Numbered from the stretch's first letter, positions 1-11,996 are shown. The stretch: 64,000 nt of DNA from Podarcis erhardii (GCA_964252035.1 OZ176206.1), one strand, 5' to 3'. The notes: generated by a model not told the origin, from the sequence alone. Numbers and translations: made by a program.

Positions 1-241
1 TTGGAATGAGAGGAAAACTCCTATTTCAGTCAGTGGGAGCTTTCTTCCTATTGCAAATAGCAGTTGCCGGGGGTCTGATTCCAGCTGGGACCACAGCAAG
101 GGTTAAAGGGTGCATAGGGAATCTTTTTCAGACCAAGGACCACATGTTCACCTGGGCAACCTTCTGAAGGTTCCATTCCAGTGGTGGGAGGGGCCAGAAG
201 CAAATGTGGGTGGAGCAATAAATGTGCATTTTACCCTTGTA

Positions 242-589
242 AAGGTAAAGGGACCCCTGACCGTGAGGTCCAGTTGCGGACGACTCTGGGATTGGGGCGC
301 TCATCTCGCTTTATTGGCCGAGGGTGCCGGCGTATGGCTTCCGGATCATGTGGCCAGCATGATTAAGCCACTTCTGGCAAACCAGAGCAGCACATGGAAA
401 CGCCGTTTACCTTCCCGCCAGAGCGGTACCTATTTATCTACTTGCACTGATGTGCTTTTGAACTGCTAGGTTGGCAGGAGCTGGGACCAAGCATCAGGAG
501 CTCACCCTGTCACGGGGATTCGAACCGCCGACTTTCTGATCGGCAAGCCCTAGGCTCTGTGGTTTAACCCACAGTGCCATCCACGTCCC
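242..589 (-). mobile_element. Sauria SINE (Squam1-type), full length
   Basis: The reverse complement starts GGGACGTGGATGGCACTGTGGGTTAAACC (tRNA-like head, B-box GGTTCGAATCC) and ends in an ACCTTT-type tail. Flanked by a 12-bp TSD TTTACC(C/T)TTGTA at 230-241 and 590-601. Homologous to 10947-11296. Confidence 0.85.
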
Positions 590-2053
590 TTTACCTTTGT
601 ACATTAGGCTAATTTTTACACACACTTACTCAGCCACCTCTAACTTCCATCCAGGCATGCAAGAGGCAGTCAAGCACACATTCCAGGCAGGCAGAAACTT
701 AAGGAGGGTGTGAAGTAGGGCTAGTGAGGAGTGTGGCCTGGAGACAGGGGTGTGGTGGAGGAGGGGGTGCGCCTGGCAAGAGTTCCAAGGGCCCAACAGA
801 GAGGCCCTTCAATGCACTATGTGGTAACATTGGGGAATATTCACAGAGCAACTAAAAAAGAGGAACGATGTTTGGATATTCCAGTAAAAAGCCATCACTA
901 TTTCTGCATCAGTGACATGTTGCAAATACACCCTGGAAAAAACACCAGTTTGGAGGAACCCTCTGTCTAAGAAGTGCAGGCCAGGCCAATTTCCTTAAAA
1001 ATGCAGACTGGATAAAATTCTTGAGCATCCCAGCTGATGAGCTAGATGTTCACTGGTTGAGCTCTGATATACCTTTGTCTTTTGCAGCCCCTGTGGGCTC
1101 CTTTCTTAAATTTGAACTGACCCTATCATGCCGACTGTTGATGCCTTCTGGACAGGATTGAATGTGTGAAATGAAAGCAGATGAGCAGCTCTAAACCATA
1201 GTTTAATTGTTGTAGCTTTGGAAATAGAAACGGTGGTTTAGGTTCTAAGCTACAGTCAGCACAAGCTATGGATGTGATTTCTTGTCTGAACTGAACCAGA
1301 TTGTTGTTTAGATAGGTTCTGTGTTGCCCACGTAAGTTGTGTATGTGTGTATTTGTGTAGCTAAGATCTCTGAAGAAGACGCAACTAGCAAGCCAAGCAT
1401 AATGACTGACTTAGTTAGGTGTTGGCCAAATGGTGAAAGAATCCATACATACCTTGAGCAACTGTAGAAAGGCAGGGTTGGTTTTAAATAAATACATTAA
1501 ATAAATACAAGGATTAAGAGCTGCTGCCCTCTACCTGGGTGCTTCACGATTTATGTGTCAATCATGTTTGCTGTGGCTACAACTGACGTTGCCCACAGTA
1601 AACATGTAGAGTGTGAAGGGCAAGTGGGTGTCCCTAAAGTGCAGCTCTTTGTGTGCTATGTGACTGGGGGGGTAGACAGATGCCCTCTGAGAGCAAACTG
1701 CAGATACAGCATTTATCCCTAAACACACAGGGACGTGTACCAGGGAGTCCTGATAGGCTGTGACTCCCTGTCTAGCAGAAGATCCCTGATTGGCTGCGAC
1801 TGTGACTCACAACCAATCAGGGCTCCTATGTGAATAAGGGAGTCTCAGCCAATCTTAGGTGCATGCGTCTCAATTTTTGTGTGAAAAGTGAGAAAACCTG
1901 CAGTTTGCTTTGCTCACCTGTGCAAACATCTCTACCTCTGCATGTCTGGGAGACAAATTGTGGGGCCCACAGTTTGCTGTCAACCTAAATCTCAGTCAAA
2001 GGGGCATCTATTATAGAACATGCCGCAAGTCAGTCAGTCAGTTTTATTGTATA

Positions 2054-2295
2054 CAGTGGTACCTCGGGTTAAGTACTTAATTCGTTCCGGAGGTCCGTTC
2101 TTAACCTGAAACTGTTCTTAACCTGAAGGACCACTTTAGCTAATGGGGCCTCCTGCTGCTGCCGCGCCACCAGAGCACAATTTCTGTTCTCATCCTGAAG
2201 CAAAATTCTTAACCCGAGGTAATATTTCTGGGTTAGCGGAGTCTGTAACCTGAAGCGTATGTAACCTGAAGTGTATGTAACCTGAGGTACCACTG
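2054..2295 (+). mobile_element. 242-bp Tc1/mariner (pogo/Tigger-like) MITE, family A, copy 1
   Basis: TIRs CAGTGGTACCTCGGGTTA...TAACCTGAGGTACCACTG, TA TSD on both sides, five copies in the window. Strand is an arbitrary reference orientation. Confidence 0.9.
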
Positions 2296-2972
2296 TATAG
2301 CCAAAGGTCTTTACAAAGGACAACAGAGAATAAAAGGAAAACTTTCAATCATACAATGTAGCAGTTTACAACATAAAATAAATGTACAACATTAAAATGT
2401 AAGACATGCACAAAGCTTCTTCAGGAGAGGGAGCCTTCAAACCAGCCTTTTGGGGAGCGTAAGGTTCAATGCAAGTAAAGTATAAAATGATGCACATTTG
2501 GGGAAAACGCATACAGGTTTGAGCTTCAAGCTTCTTGGATGAGGGCTGCGGCAAATAATTTTAAAAAGTTAAATTATGAGTGGCTATTCACACGGGTTAC
2601 CGCATGTGTGTCTCAGGGGTAAAGCACACTGACCAAGGTACACTGAGTTTAGTTCTCCACATTTGCAAAGTCAAGGATTCTGCAATTGGATAAGTACACA
2701 GCTGTACATTATCATCATTCTTTAATTTATTATTTATTAAATTTCTATACTGCCCTTCATCCGAGGATCACAGGGCAGTTTGCAATATAAAAACACAAAA
2801 TACATAACATAGTTACAAACAAACAGAAATAACCCCCCTCCCACAGTTTAAAAACCCATAGTTTAATATGCCCACATGTTATTGCAGTTTTCCAAATGGC
2901 CAAACCTGCATAATTTGTGCCCATTATATTTTTTTTTTGCAGTTGTACACCCAGTACACCTGCTGCTGTGTA

Positions 2973-3214
2973 CAGTGGTACCTTGGGTTACATACGCTTC
3001 AGGTTACATACACTTCAGGTTACACACTCCGCTAACCCAGAAATAGTGCTTCAGGTTAAGAACTTTGCTTCAGGTTAAGAACAGAAAACGGGCTCCGGCG
3101 GCGCGGCGGCAGCAGGAGGCCCTATTAGCTAAAGTGGTGCTTCAGGTTAAGAACAGTTTCAGGTTAAGTACAGCCCTCCGGAACAAATTAAGTACTTAAC
3201 CCGAGGTACCACTG
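2973..3214 (-). mobile_element. MITE family A, copy 2 (inverted relative to copy 1)
   Basis: Same TIRs and TA TSD; 242 bp; the interior is the reverse complement of copy 1. Confidence 0.9.
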
Positions 3215-3429
3215 TATTTCTGTGCATGCAGATTGATGTACATCCAAGTGTGGCTGTGACGTCTGTTGGGTAGGGCCTGCAGCTCCACTGCTCCTTTCCA
3301 GGAGATACCTTCATCCAGCAGAGGAGAAATTTTAAGGAGAGAGAGAGAAAGGGAAAAAAGTTCACACGCATACCTATGTCCGTTAGTGTGGAGTTAAGTA
3401 CATATGCTAATCCACACTATCCTCCCCAG

Positions 3430-3482
3430 AGCAACCACGTCCAAGTAGCACAACCTGCCCTTAGCAACCATCGCCAGGCAAC
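3430..3482. promoter_or_regulatory. Cluster of RFX X-box-like motifs, candidate TPPP3 promoter/enhancer
   Basis: AGCAAC (3430), CCTTAGCAAC (3459-3468) and ATCGCCAGGCAAC (3470-3482; reverse complement GTTGCCTGGCGAT) within 55 bp of non-repetitive DNA, 2.3 kb upstream of the TPPP3 ATG. Confidence 0.4.
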
Positions 3483-4854
3483 ACAAACTGTGGCCGCCCC
3501 AGCAGCCAAGCCCACATGCCTGTTTTTGTTTAATGTCAGGCCGTAACTAAGATCCTGGACCTGGCAGGCCCCCCAGGCTGGCTAGTGCCCTAATAGCCTG
3601 CCCTGGGCATGGGTGGATCTTGGCAGGGAGCCCGAGCAAGGGGATAGCTGAGGGTAAATGTCCGTGAGAAATGGACAGCGTTTCCCCAAAGTAGCAGTGG
3701 ATTGAGTTAATAATTGTGCGGGGAAATTCCAGTTAGTGCTGGCATTGACACAGGGCAAGCCAGGGCGTTTGCTGAGAAGATAGGTCTGCTCTTGCTAGGC
3801 ATGGGCAAATCTGTCCATTTTGGTTTCCCTTGTTTCCTCATTTTTCTAATCTTAAGTTTAGTTCTCCACATTTGCATAGATGATTGTAAGAATAAATTTT
3901 AAAACTTGGAAAAAATCTCATGAAAATTCATCAGCGTTTTTTGTGAAGATCTTTCCTAATAGACACCTTTTTGCCTATAACACACAACTTTTGCAAAGCA
4001 ATTTTCCTTAACACACTGCACTTTCCTCTTGTCCATGTGCTGGTTTTTCGGATTATGACAACAATGGTGCTCGCATACTGAACTTCAGAAGTAGGGGGAA
4101 AGTTTATGATAAATCTGAAACAGCCAGTAGCTTCTACAGAAGGTTTGAGAAAAGTGCTCTATCTAGGATGCCCTGATTTATCTCCGGAACCAAGAAATCT
4201 GTTCAAACAGTGCACTAAGACCAACAATGGAGCTCAGGGAGAAATCCAATTTACTTTGCATTTAAATGTGGATTTTTCTAAGTCACACTTTCTAAAACAA
4301 ATTGTGAACTGAAACGCAGCCAATCCTTTGGAAATTTGCAGTTCCCCAGATTTTGCAATGCAGTTCTCTAGCCAAGTGGTTGGCATCTGTCTGTCTCGAG
4401 AGACAATGGATCATGCCTCCAGGGATGAAGGCAAGCCGCTGAGTTAGCAGCACTGAAATGACCTCCTTGGGGCACAAGCCTGAGCAGTGTATATGGAGGT
4501 ACTGGGCTTCCCAGATGACAAGACCCCGCCCCCTCAGCCTCACTGATGTGGTCCAAAGGAAAGCAGAGCAATGTTTGGCACCAGCTTGGTTGCAGTAGTT
4601 TCCAGAAGGAGGCGTACATGGTGCCATCCAACCGTATTAGAGACTCCACTGTGGATTTGTGTAGCAAATTTTCTTCTCCCAAATTTGTGTAGCCTTTTCT
4701 TCTCCCAAAGATATCCCACAAGGAAGTGGAGGTTTAGGACCAGGATTTTCCTTCTCCTAGAAAGGTTATCTTCCTAGATTGACAAGCCCCATCTGCCCCT
4801 CTCTTTCTTCTACAGCATGTGCAGAAACTGGCTTCTTAACTGTTTGACCCAGTA

Positions 4855-5096
4855 CAGTGGTACCTCAGGTTATGAACTTAATTCGTTCTGGAGGTCCGTT
4901 CTTAACCTAAAACTGTTCTTAACCTGAAGCACCACTTTAGCTAATGGGGCCTCCTGCTGCTGCTGCGCCGCCAGAGCACGATTTCTGTTCTCATCCTGAA
5001 GCAAAATTCTTAACCCGAGGTAATATTTCTGGGTTAGCGGAGTCTGTAACCTGAAGAGTATGTAACCTGAAGCGTATGTAACCCGAGGTACCACTG
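4855..5096 (+). mobile_element. MITE family A, copy 3
   Basis: TIRs, TA TSD, 242 bp. Confidence 0.9.
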
Positions 5097-5399
5097 TATT
5101 GGTTTCGTCCACTCAGTCTGTCTTCACGTGCAGGGAAAGTCCCTAACTCACCAAGGGATTGAGATACATTGGCTACCCTCGCCTAGTTTAGCCAGCCAGT
5201 CAAAGTCGTTTCCTGGGGTGTGGCCGCTGTTGCATGCTGACAGCTTTTAGGAGCCACAGGTTAAAGCTGAGTGCAGACAGGAGACCAAAAGTGAACAAAC
5301 TTCTCCAAAAGGAGTGCAATATATCCCCCACCAGAGGCACTGCCCCACCCCTAGCACCCCATACACCTCTCTAGTCAAGTAATGTATACTATAATACAT

Positions 5400-5670
5400 A
5401 TACTAGAGTAAAGTGTTCATATAAATACATACATTACTGAAAGCAAGATATAAAAATGCAATATATATGGGGAATTTGCTTTGCAAAAATGTGTATCAGG
5501 AGAAAGTTGACCTAAGATGCTGATGAATTTTCCTAAGGACTCCCCTCCCCCTCCCACTTTTAACAAAAATTGCAAATTGTTGCTGTGAAAATGTGGAGAA
5601 CTGAATTCCAATTTGGAAAAAAATGATAAATGAGGGGGAAATGAAACTGACAGATTCCACCATCCCTAGG
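5400..5670 (+). mobile_element. Old AT-rich high-copy non-autonomous element (TAGGGATG-type end, hAT-like), 3' part
   Basis: Ends ...GACAGATTCCACCATCCCTAG. Degenerate homologues at about 3820-4390, 12400-12900, 13080-13480, 17025-17450, 21715-21985, 48490-48880, 52766-53050, 54880-55270 and 61730-62150. Boundaries approximate. Confidence 0.55.
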
Positions 5671-5774
5671 TAGGGGGAAATGTCTAGATGAGCTTTAGGA
5701 AATGTGTACATGATGGCACACGCAATGCCTGTTGCTTGGATCTGAGCAGCCCCCTGTGTGTTTTACAGAACATC

Positions 5775-5962
5775 ATGGCTGAGAGCACAGACATGGCTTC
5801 ATTGGAGGAGAGCTTCCGAAAGTTTGCCATCTACGGTGATACCAAAGCTACAGGGCAAGAAATGAATGGCAAGAACTGGGCCAAACTGTGTAAGGATTGC
5901 AAAGTAACAGATGGCAAAGGGGTCACCAGCACAGATGTGGACATTGTCTTCAGCAAGGTGAA
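5775..5962 (+). CDS. TPPP3: Tubulin polymerization-promoting protein family member 3, coding exon 1 (188 nt)
   Basis: [62 protein letters not shown](K) matches the TPPP3/p20 N-terminus. Acceptor TTTTACAG at 5761-5768; donor AA|GTAAGT. Confidence 0.96.
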
Positions 5963-6435
5963 GTAAGTGCCTGCTTCCATCTCACTTCCTTCTGGTTCTG
6001 CTTCATGTTGGTTCTTAATTTACAAAAAAAAAGGAGACTCGGATGGGACTGAAACCCGTGGGCAAGTCTTTGAAGCCCTGACCCTGGAAGCAAGAGCCCA
6101 ATGAACTAATTCATAGAAACATTATACTAAATCAGATCCTTGGTACCCTAACAGGCAGGTTTCCCTCCCATACCTGCCTCAGATGTTGGGGATTGAACCT
6201 GTGACCTTCTGCATGCAAAGCAGATGCTCTTCCACAGAGCTACAGCCCTTCCCCAGACTTCTATTCCATTCCCTTCCATTGCCTACCAAGCATGGCCTCA
6301 TTAAGACATGCTGAGACCCTAAGCTATGTCAATTTCAATTTTATTTGCTGTTACAACCATCGTGGTCATTTCAGCCACCTCCAGAAAGAAATATACATCC
6401 TATGCATACTATACAGAATGTGCATAGATATACCA

Positions 6436-6500
6436 GTTTGTTTGTTTGTTTGTTTGTTTGTTTGTTTGTTTGTTTGTTTGTTTGGTGTGTGTGTGTGTGT
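6436..6500. repeat. (GTTT)12 + (GT)8 compound microsatellite
   Basis: Read directly from the sequence. Confidence 0.95.
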
Positions 6501-8722
6501 TTATATAAGCTTTGCCAAGTTGAAGAAGTCCCATGACATTACCACCCCCACCCCGCAAAATTCATAGACAACACTGAGCTAGGTGTACCAATAGTCTAAC
6601 TTGATATAAGGCAACTTCTTATGCTCTGTTGAACCCTGCTCCCCTCAAGTCAAATACTTAGAGCACAATGTTATGCATGTTGACTAGGAAGGAAATCCCA
6701 TTGTGCTCAATGATGCTTATTCCCTAGGGGTAACATGCTTAGATTTACAACTTTAACCAAGATTTACAACTTTAACCAAGTACCTTCCTAATCTATTTTT
6801 TGACTTCTGGAAAAAATGTTTGAGATATTTTTATAACACACTTGTAAAAATAACACAGCACATGTTCATCTGTTTACTAAATATAAGTAAAATAGATAAA
6901 CCAGATCTCAATTGATTAAGGGCAGTGACTTTTTTTCTTTTACTCCAATACATAATTTTCCAGATGACTTGCATTAATGGCGACAAGGGACAGAAACTCT
7001 GCACATGTTCAAAAACCCTGTCTGCAGCCAGACTACAAACCTAGCAGAAAACAGCCCAACCCACAAAAAAGAGGCTTAGCTTTCTGTGTCAATGCCAAGC
7101 ACCAGCTTAAAAAGATACACACACACAGCTTCTTTGGCTCAATGCCAGCTTCAGTTTGGCATTGTTGTGTTTCACATCTGTGCTTCTGGGGAGACTGAGC
7201 ATGCATTGCTCAATGGTGCTGTCCCGGTTTGATTCAGCAATATTGGCAGGAACACTTTTGTTTGTACTGTTGAACTGCTCCATGTCAGCTGCTGTTTGAG
7301 AAATTAAGCCTTTGGTCCTGGCAAAAATAAAAAACAAACAGCTATTGACTGCTGTTAGTGTAACTCTCTTGCAATGGAAAGCACTTTGGCTGCAGCAGCG
7401 AAAGCTACAGTTTAATGTGGGGGGGGGGGGGAGAGAGAGAAAGAGAGAGATGAGCTGGGCCAGCCCACCAGCTATATCTTGTCCCTCTTCAGCTGTGACC
7501 CCTCCACCTTCCCAATATCCCTCCTGCAGAGAGACTTATGGCTTACTAAAAATTTTCCATTGCCACCAGTTGGATTTTTTAAAAAGCTTTGTAGCAATGA
7601 CGGGAAGGGGATTAAAATTTTTTTTTATTGGTGGGATCACTGTTGGGGAGAAAAGTGATAGACCTAACTTCTGGGCTTGCAGTGATCTCAACAGCAAGTA
7701 AGGCCCTCTGCAGCTATAAATTAATTTAACAAAAAAGCAACAGTCATAGCGGCACACAAATGTAATATGTAGTTTGATCCTAGGCTGGAGACTTGTGACC
7801 CCAGGGCAGGCCCAGCTTCTGAAGGAAAATGACATGTAGATGCCTGTTGTGCATCCAGCTTAACATGTGATTTAACCACCAGAAGCCCCATATCTCAGAG
7901 GTGTGTGGACTGGTTGCAGTTAGTGGTTTGGGGAAAGCTCTTGGCATGTGTGTCACCTGTTCTCAGCTTCAGTCTGGTCAAAACTCAGGGACAGCTTATA
8001 CCAGGGATGGGGAAGTTGAATGTGGCCTCCAAGTCTCTCTGTCTCACAGGACTCTCCTCAGGCCACACTCCTCTCCAGCCTTGCTTTGCACCCTCCTGGA
8101 CTGCTTTTGCTTGGCTAGAATGTGTCCCGCAACTCAGATGACGACTTGTGCTTGTCTGGATGGGGGATGGAGGCAGGGAACTCTGTGTGTGAGTCTGTGT
8201 AGAAACAAGCCTGTTGTACAAAAAGTAAAATCAATCTCCATTGCTCCACCCTCTTTTGCTTCTGGCTCTGCCCATCACTGGCATGTGGCCCCCAAAAGGC
8301 TGCCTAGGAGGGAATGTAGACTTCCAGCTTGAAAAAGTTCCCCTGCCTCTGGTTTATGCAGGCAACAGAATCAATAAGTAAAGCTATTTTCTGGATGGCG
8401 TCACCTAAAGTCACAAATGAGGAATTGCATATCTAAGTGCTCTCTCACACACCCAATATTTCCCTGCATGTAGAAAATCAGACTGAAGACAGATACTTGT
8501 AGGATAGTGGGCCTTAGTTTACAAGCACCTTTGTTGTGGTCCTTCCAAACATACCTTTCCTCTCTGGGGGTTGAGGCCTCAAAAAGACAATTTCTGCCAG
8601 TTTGCTGCAGAAGCTGTCAGCGTTCAGCACCGATAGGTGTTGCCACCAGCTACCAGTCTCTAGAACTTTTAAACAAATGTTTCAGTTATTCTAGCTAGTT
8701 AGCTGGTATATATCAAGATTTT

Positions 8723-8959
8723 CAGAGATGTAGCCATGTTAAGTTGCGTACACACTCCAAACCAACTTCAGTCTGAATTGAGAACGACCTAGCTGTGTTT
8801 TAAGCTGGTAATGTGTACACAGTCTTAGTCTCTTTCTTTAAAAGCAACAAAGATTCTTGTGGCACCTTAAAGACTAACAGTTTCATTATGGCATAAACTC
8901 TTGTGGACTACAGTCTGGCCTGGCCTGACTACATCGGATGAAGTGGACTCTAGTCTGCA
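8723..8959. mobile_element. Decayed Penelope-like element remnant (inverted pLTR fragments)
   Basis: Contains GTAGCCATGTT, GGCACCTTAAAGACTAAC and GCATAAACTCTTGTGGACTACAGTC, then the opposite-orientation CATCGGATGAAGTGGACTCTAGTC. These are homologous to the arms of 61141-61369. Confidence 0.55.
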
Positions 8960-9210
8960 ATGGTCACAGCACATCTGGAGTACCATGTCCACTTCTGTAT
9001 GGCACAACTTAAGAAGGACGTTGACAAGCTAGAGCTTGTCCAGAAGTTGACACCCAGGATAGAGCTGGGTATGTTTAGCCCAGATAAGAGGAGATTAAGA
9101 GGAGACATGATAGCAGTCTTCAAATATCTGAAGGGAGGTCATGTAAAAGATGAAGCGGACTTGTGCTCTGTTGCTCCAGAGAGCAGGAATAGATTGAGTG
9201 GTAGAAATTG
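8960..9210 (+). mobile_element. CR1 LINE ORF2 C-terminal fragment (internally deleted)
   Basis: Translates to HLEYHVHF...LKKDVDKLELVQ...ELGMFSPDKRRLRGDMIAVFKYLKG, the typical CR1 RT-downstream motif. Confidence 0.85.
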
Positions 9211-9608
9211 CCCGGAACCAAAACCCAGCTAAACAATGGGAGGAACTTGCAAGTTCTTGTCCTTCTACAACTGGGAGCCAGGACACCCTCCCTGCATGCT
9301 TTTGCTTGGCAGGAATGTATTCTTGAACTCTGATAATGGTTCGGGGTTGCCTGGAAGGAGGTGGTTAAGGGGTGTGAATGTGTATTGAAACAAGCCTACT
9401 GTACGAAGGTAGAATTTGTATTCATTCCCTGCCCTCTTTTGCGTCTGGCCCCACTTATCACTGACCTATGGCCCCTTAGAAGTTGCCTAGAAGGAAATGT
9501 GGCCTTCAGACTGAAGAAGGTGTCCTCCCCCCCCCCCCGTGTATGAGTCAGAGGGGCAAAGGTAGTTGCGATTTGGCTCCTGAGTCCCATGTGCCTATTC
9601 TGTTCCAG

Positions 9609-9762
9609 AGGGAAGACGGCCAGAGTCATAAACTATGAGGAGTTCAAGAAGGCCTTGGAGGAGCTGGCCCCAAAGAGGTTTAAGGACAAAAGCAAAGAGG
9701 AAGCGTATGAATCCATCTGCCAGCTGGTGGCAGGCAAAGAACCGACTAACGTGGGCGTCACT
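9609..9762 (+). CDS. TPPP3: TPPP3 coding exon 2 (154 nt)
   Basis: (K)GKTARVINYEEFKKALEELAPKRFKDKSKEEAYESICQLVAGKEPTNVGVT; acceptor TTCCAG, donor ACT|GTGAGT; phase consistent with exon 1. Confidence 0.96.
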
Positions 9763-10946
9763 GTGAGTAACTGCTGCCGGTGCTGCAGGAAGAAGCAGAG
9801 CCGACTCCGGGTGGGAATCCAGAAGCAGGCCAGGTTGGGTCTAGGACAGGGATGGGGAGCCAGTGGCCTTCCAGATGTTGCTGAACTCCAACTCCCATCA
9901 GCGCCAGCCAGCATGGCCTGGGATGATGTGTGTTGTAAACCAGTAACATCTGGAGACAGCAGCTTCCCCACCTGAACTCCACTGACTAGGAGCAGCTCTC
10001 CAGGGTTTCCCAAGCCTTACCTGGAGATTCTGTGAATTGGACCAGGAAATGTCTGTATGCAAAGTGTGCATTCTGGTAGTGAATTGCAGCTTTCTCGTAT
10101 GGTACGGCTTAACTCACTCTCAGTACTTATGGACAGATCAGTCCTTTTCCAATTCCACAAGTGATCGTTTATGAACCTCTTCTGTCCCATTAACTAGCAG
10201 AAAAGAAAGCAGTATGGAATTTTGTGTATAAATAATATTTCGATACACAATTTATCATAAATTGTACATTTATATACATCTTTTATCTCACTGTATGTAT
10301 TTATGTACAGTCCAGTGCTCTTTTCTGAGGGGTACTCAAGGGAATGCAGTACCAGCACCTTTTTTCTAGAAGAAAAGTACTGTACACATTTTAATATGCA
10401 TTTTAATGCATTTTGTTTTGTTTTCTGAGCCAGGAACTTTATCACAAAATTCAGTGAAGTGTAAAATAGGGTGGATAACTATGTTCCAGTCTTTATGATA
10501 GTACAGCAGGTATGGATCAGGTCAGTCTGCTTTGGAACTCATGGAAACTGAATTCCTTAAGCACCCCCGACCAATACAGCTCCTGCTCTTTTCCTATGGG
10601 AGGCCCCAGGTTTAATACCTGCACCCCTCATGGAGGATTGACAAAATCATTGAGAACAAGACTTATTGATCATGATGGCTATGTTCCCTCAGGTATCAGA
10701 GCCAGTGTGCCTCTGAAGGCCAGTCTCCAGCAGAGCACTATTGGGCTCATGTCCTGCTTGTGGGCTTCCTACAGAAATAACATTGGCCATTGTGAGTAGA
10801 GGGCGCTGAGTTGGATAGGCCTTTGGTCTGATCCAGGAGGGCTCTTATGTGCCAGTTGAAGGAGCCTCCAAATTGCAAGACTGGGGAAGACCGCTACCTG
10901 CAATGCTGGAGAGCTGTTGGTAAAGCCAGTGGTACTCTGTGTGTCA

Positions 10947-11296
10947 GGGATGCGGGTGGTGCTGTGGGTTAAACCACAGAGCCTAGGACTTGCCGATTAG
11001 AAGGTCGGCGGTTCGAATCCCTGCGACGGGGTGAGCTCCCATTGTTTGGTCCCTGCTCCTGCCAACCTAGCAGTTCGAAAGCACGTCAAAGTGCAAGTAG
11101 ATAAATAGGTACCGCTTCAGCGGGAAGGTAAACAGCGTTTCCGTGCACTGCTCTGATTCACCAGAAGCGGCTTAGTCATGCTGGCCACATGACCCGGAAG
11201 CTGTACGCTGGCTCCCTTGGCCAGTAAAGCAAGGTCAATGCTGCAACCCCAGAGCCAGTCATGACTGGACCTAATGGTCAGGGGTCCCTTTACTTT
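10947..11296 (+). mobile_element. Sauria SINE, full length, in TPPP3 intron
   Basis: Head GGGATGCGGGTGGTGCTGTGGGTTAAACC, B-box GGTTCGAATCC; 14-bp TSD TACTCT(G/A)TGTG(T/C)CA at 10933-10946 and 11297-11310. Confidence 0.85.
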
Positions 11297-11470
11297 TACT
11301 CTATGTGCCAGTGGTTGACATTGGTACAAAGCAGCTTCTCATATTATTGCATAGTAGATAGTAAAGGAGGTGGAGGTGATGTGGAGGCCATGTTCTGAAG
11401 TAGGGGCGATGGTAGTCGTTGCTGAACAAAGAATGGTTCTGACCCCCTCCCTTGTTTTTGTGATTGGCAG

Positions 11471-11659
11471 AAAGCCAAGGCTGTGGGCGCGGTGGAGAGG
11501 CTCACCGACACGTCCAAGTACACAGGCTCCCACAAGGAACGTTTCGACGAGAGTGGGAAGGGCAAAGGCAAGAGCGGACGGGAGAACATTGTGGACAACA
11601 GCGGCTATGTGTCGGCCTACAAGCATGCCGGCACCTACGATGCCAAAGTGAAGAAATAG
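11471..11659 (+). CDS. TPPP3: TPPP3 coding exon 3 (189 nt including TAG)
   Basis: [62 protein letters not shown]; p25-alpha motif [15 protein letters not shown] and GKGKG. The spliced CDS is 531 nt = 176 aa. Confidence 0.97.
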   Translation, partial: KAKAVGAVERLTDTSKYTGSHKERFDESGKGKGKSGRENIVDNSGYVSAYKHAGTYDAKVKK

Positions 11660-11996
11660 GAGCGGCTGCCGCACCCGTTTGAAGGAAGGGCCACCCTAAT
11701 GACACGCCCCCTTGCCCTCATGGGGGTTCGGCTCTGCCTGGCCTCACTCCAGCCCCAGAGCAATAGCTGGAAGGGGTGCCTGTCCTTGAATGGTTTACGC
11801 AGCTGCAATGTGACCCGGCCACGCACCTTGCTTCCCAAAGTTACACAAACTCAGACTTTTATCTGTGGCACCCACCTGCGCAGCCTACCAAAGGCCTCTA
11901 CACCTCAAATGTCTCCCTTACCTCACTCTAACCAGCCCCCTCCCCACTGCTTTCCTCACTAGTGCTAATAATGGGAGTCTCCTGCACCGCAGAGAA

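Noticed and set aside
2095-2290. Regularly spaced TAACCTGAAG repeats as a CRISPR-like array
   Set aside because: They are 10-bp subterminal motifs inside a TIR element, with no unique spacers of uniform length, in a vertebrate genome.
2069-2323. Recurrent peptides such as VVPRVTYASGYIRFRLQTPLTQK (also 4870-5112 and 40451-40672)
   Set aside because: Translations of the 242-bp MITE; not a gene family and not a transposase.
10947-11030. tRNA-like A/B boxes as tRNA genes (also the other SINE heads)
   Set aside because: They continue into SINE bodies with tails and TSDs; no complete cloverleaf.
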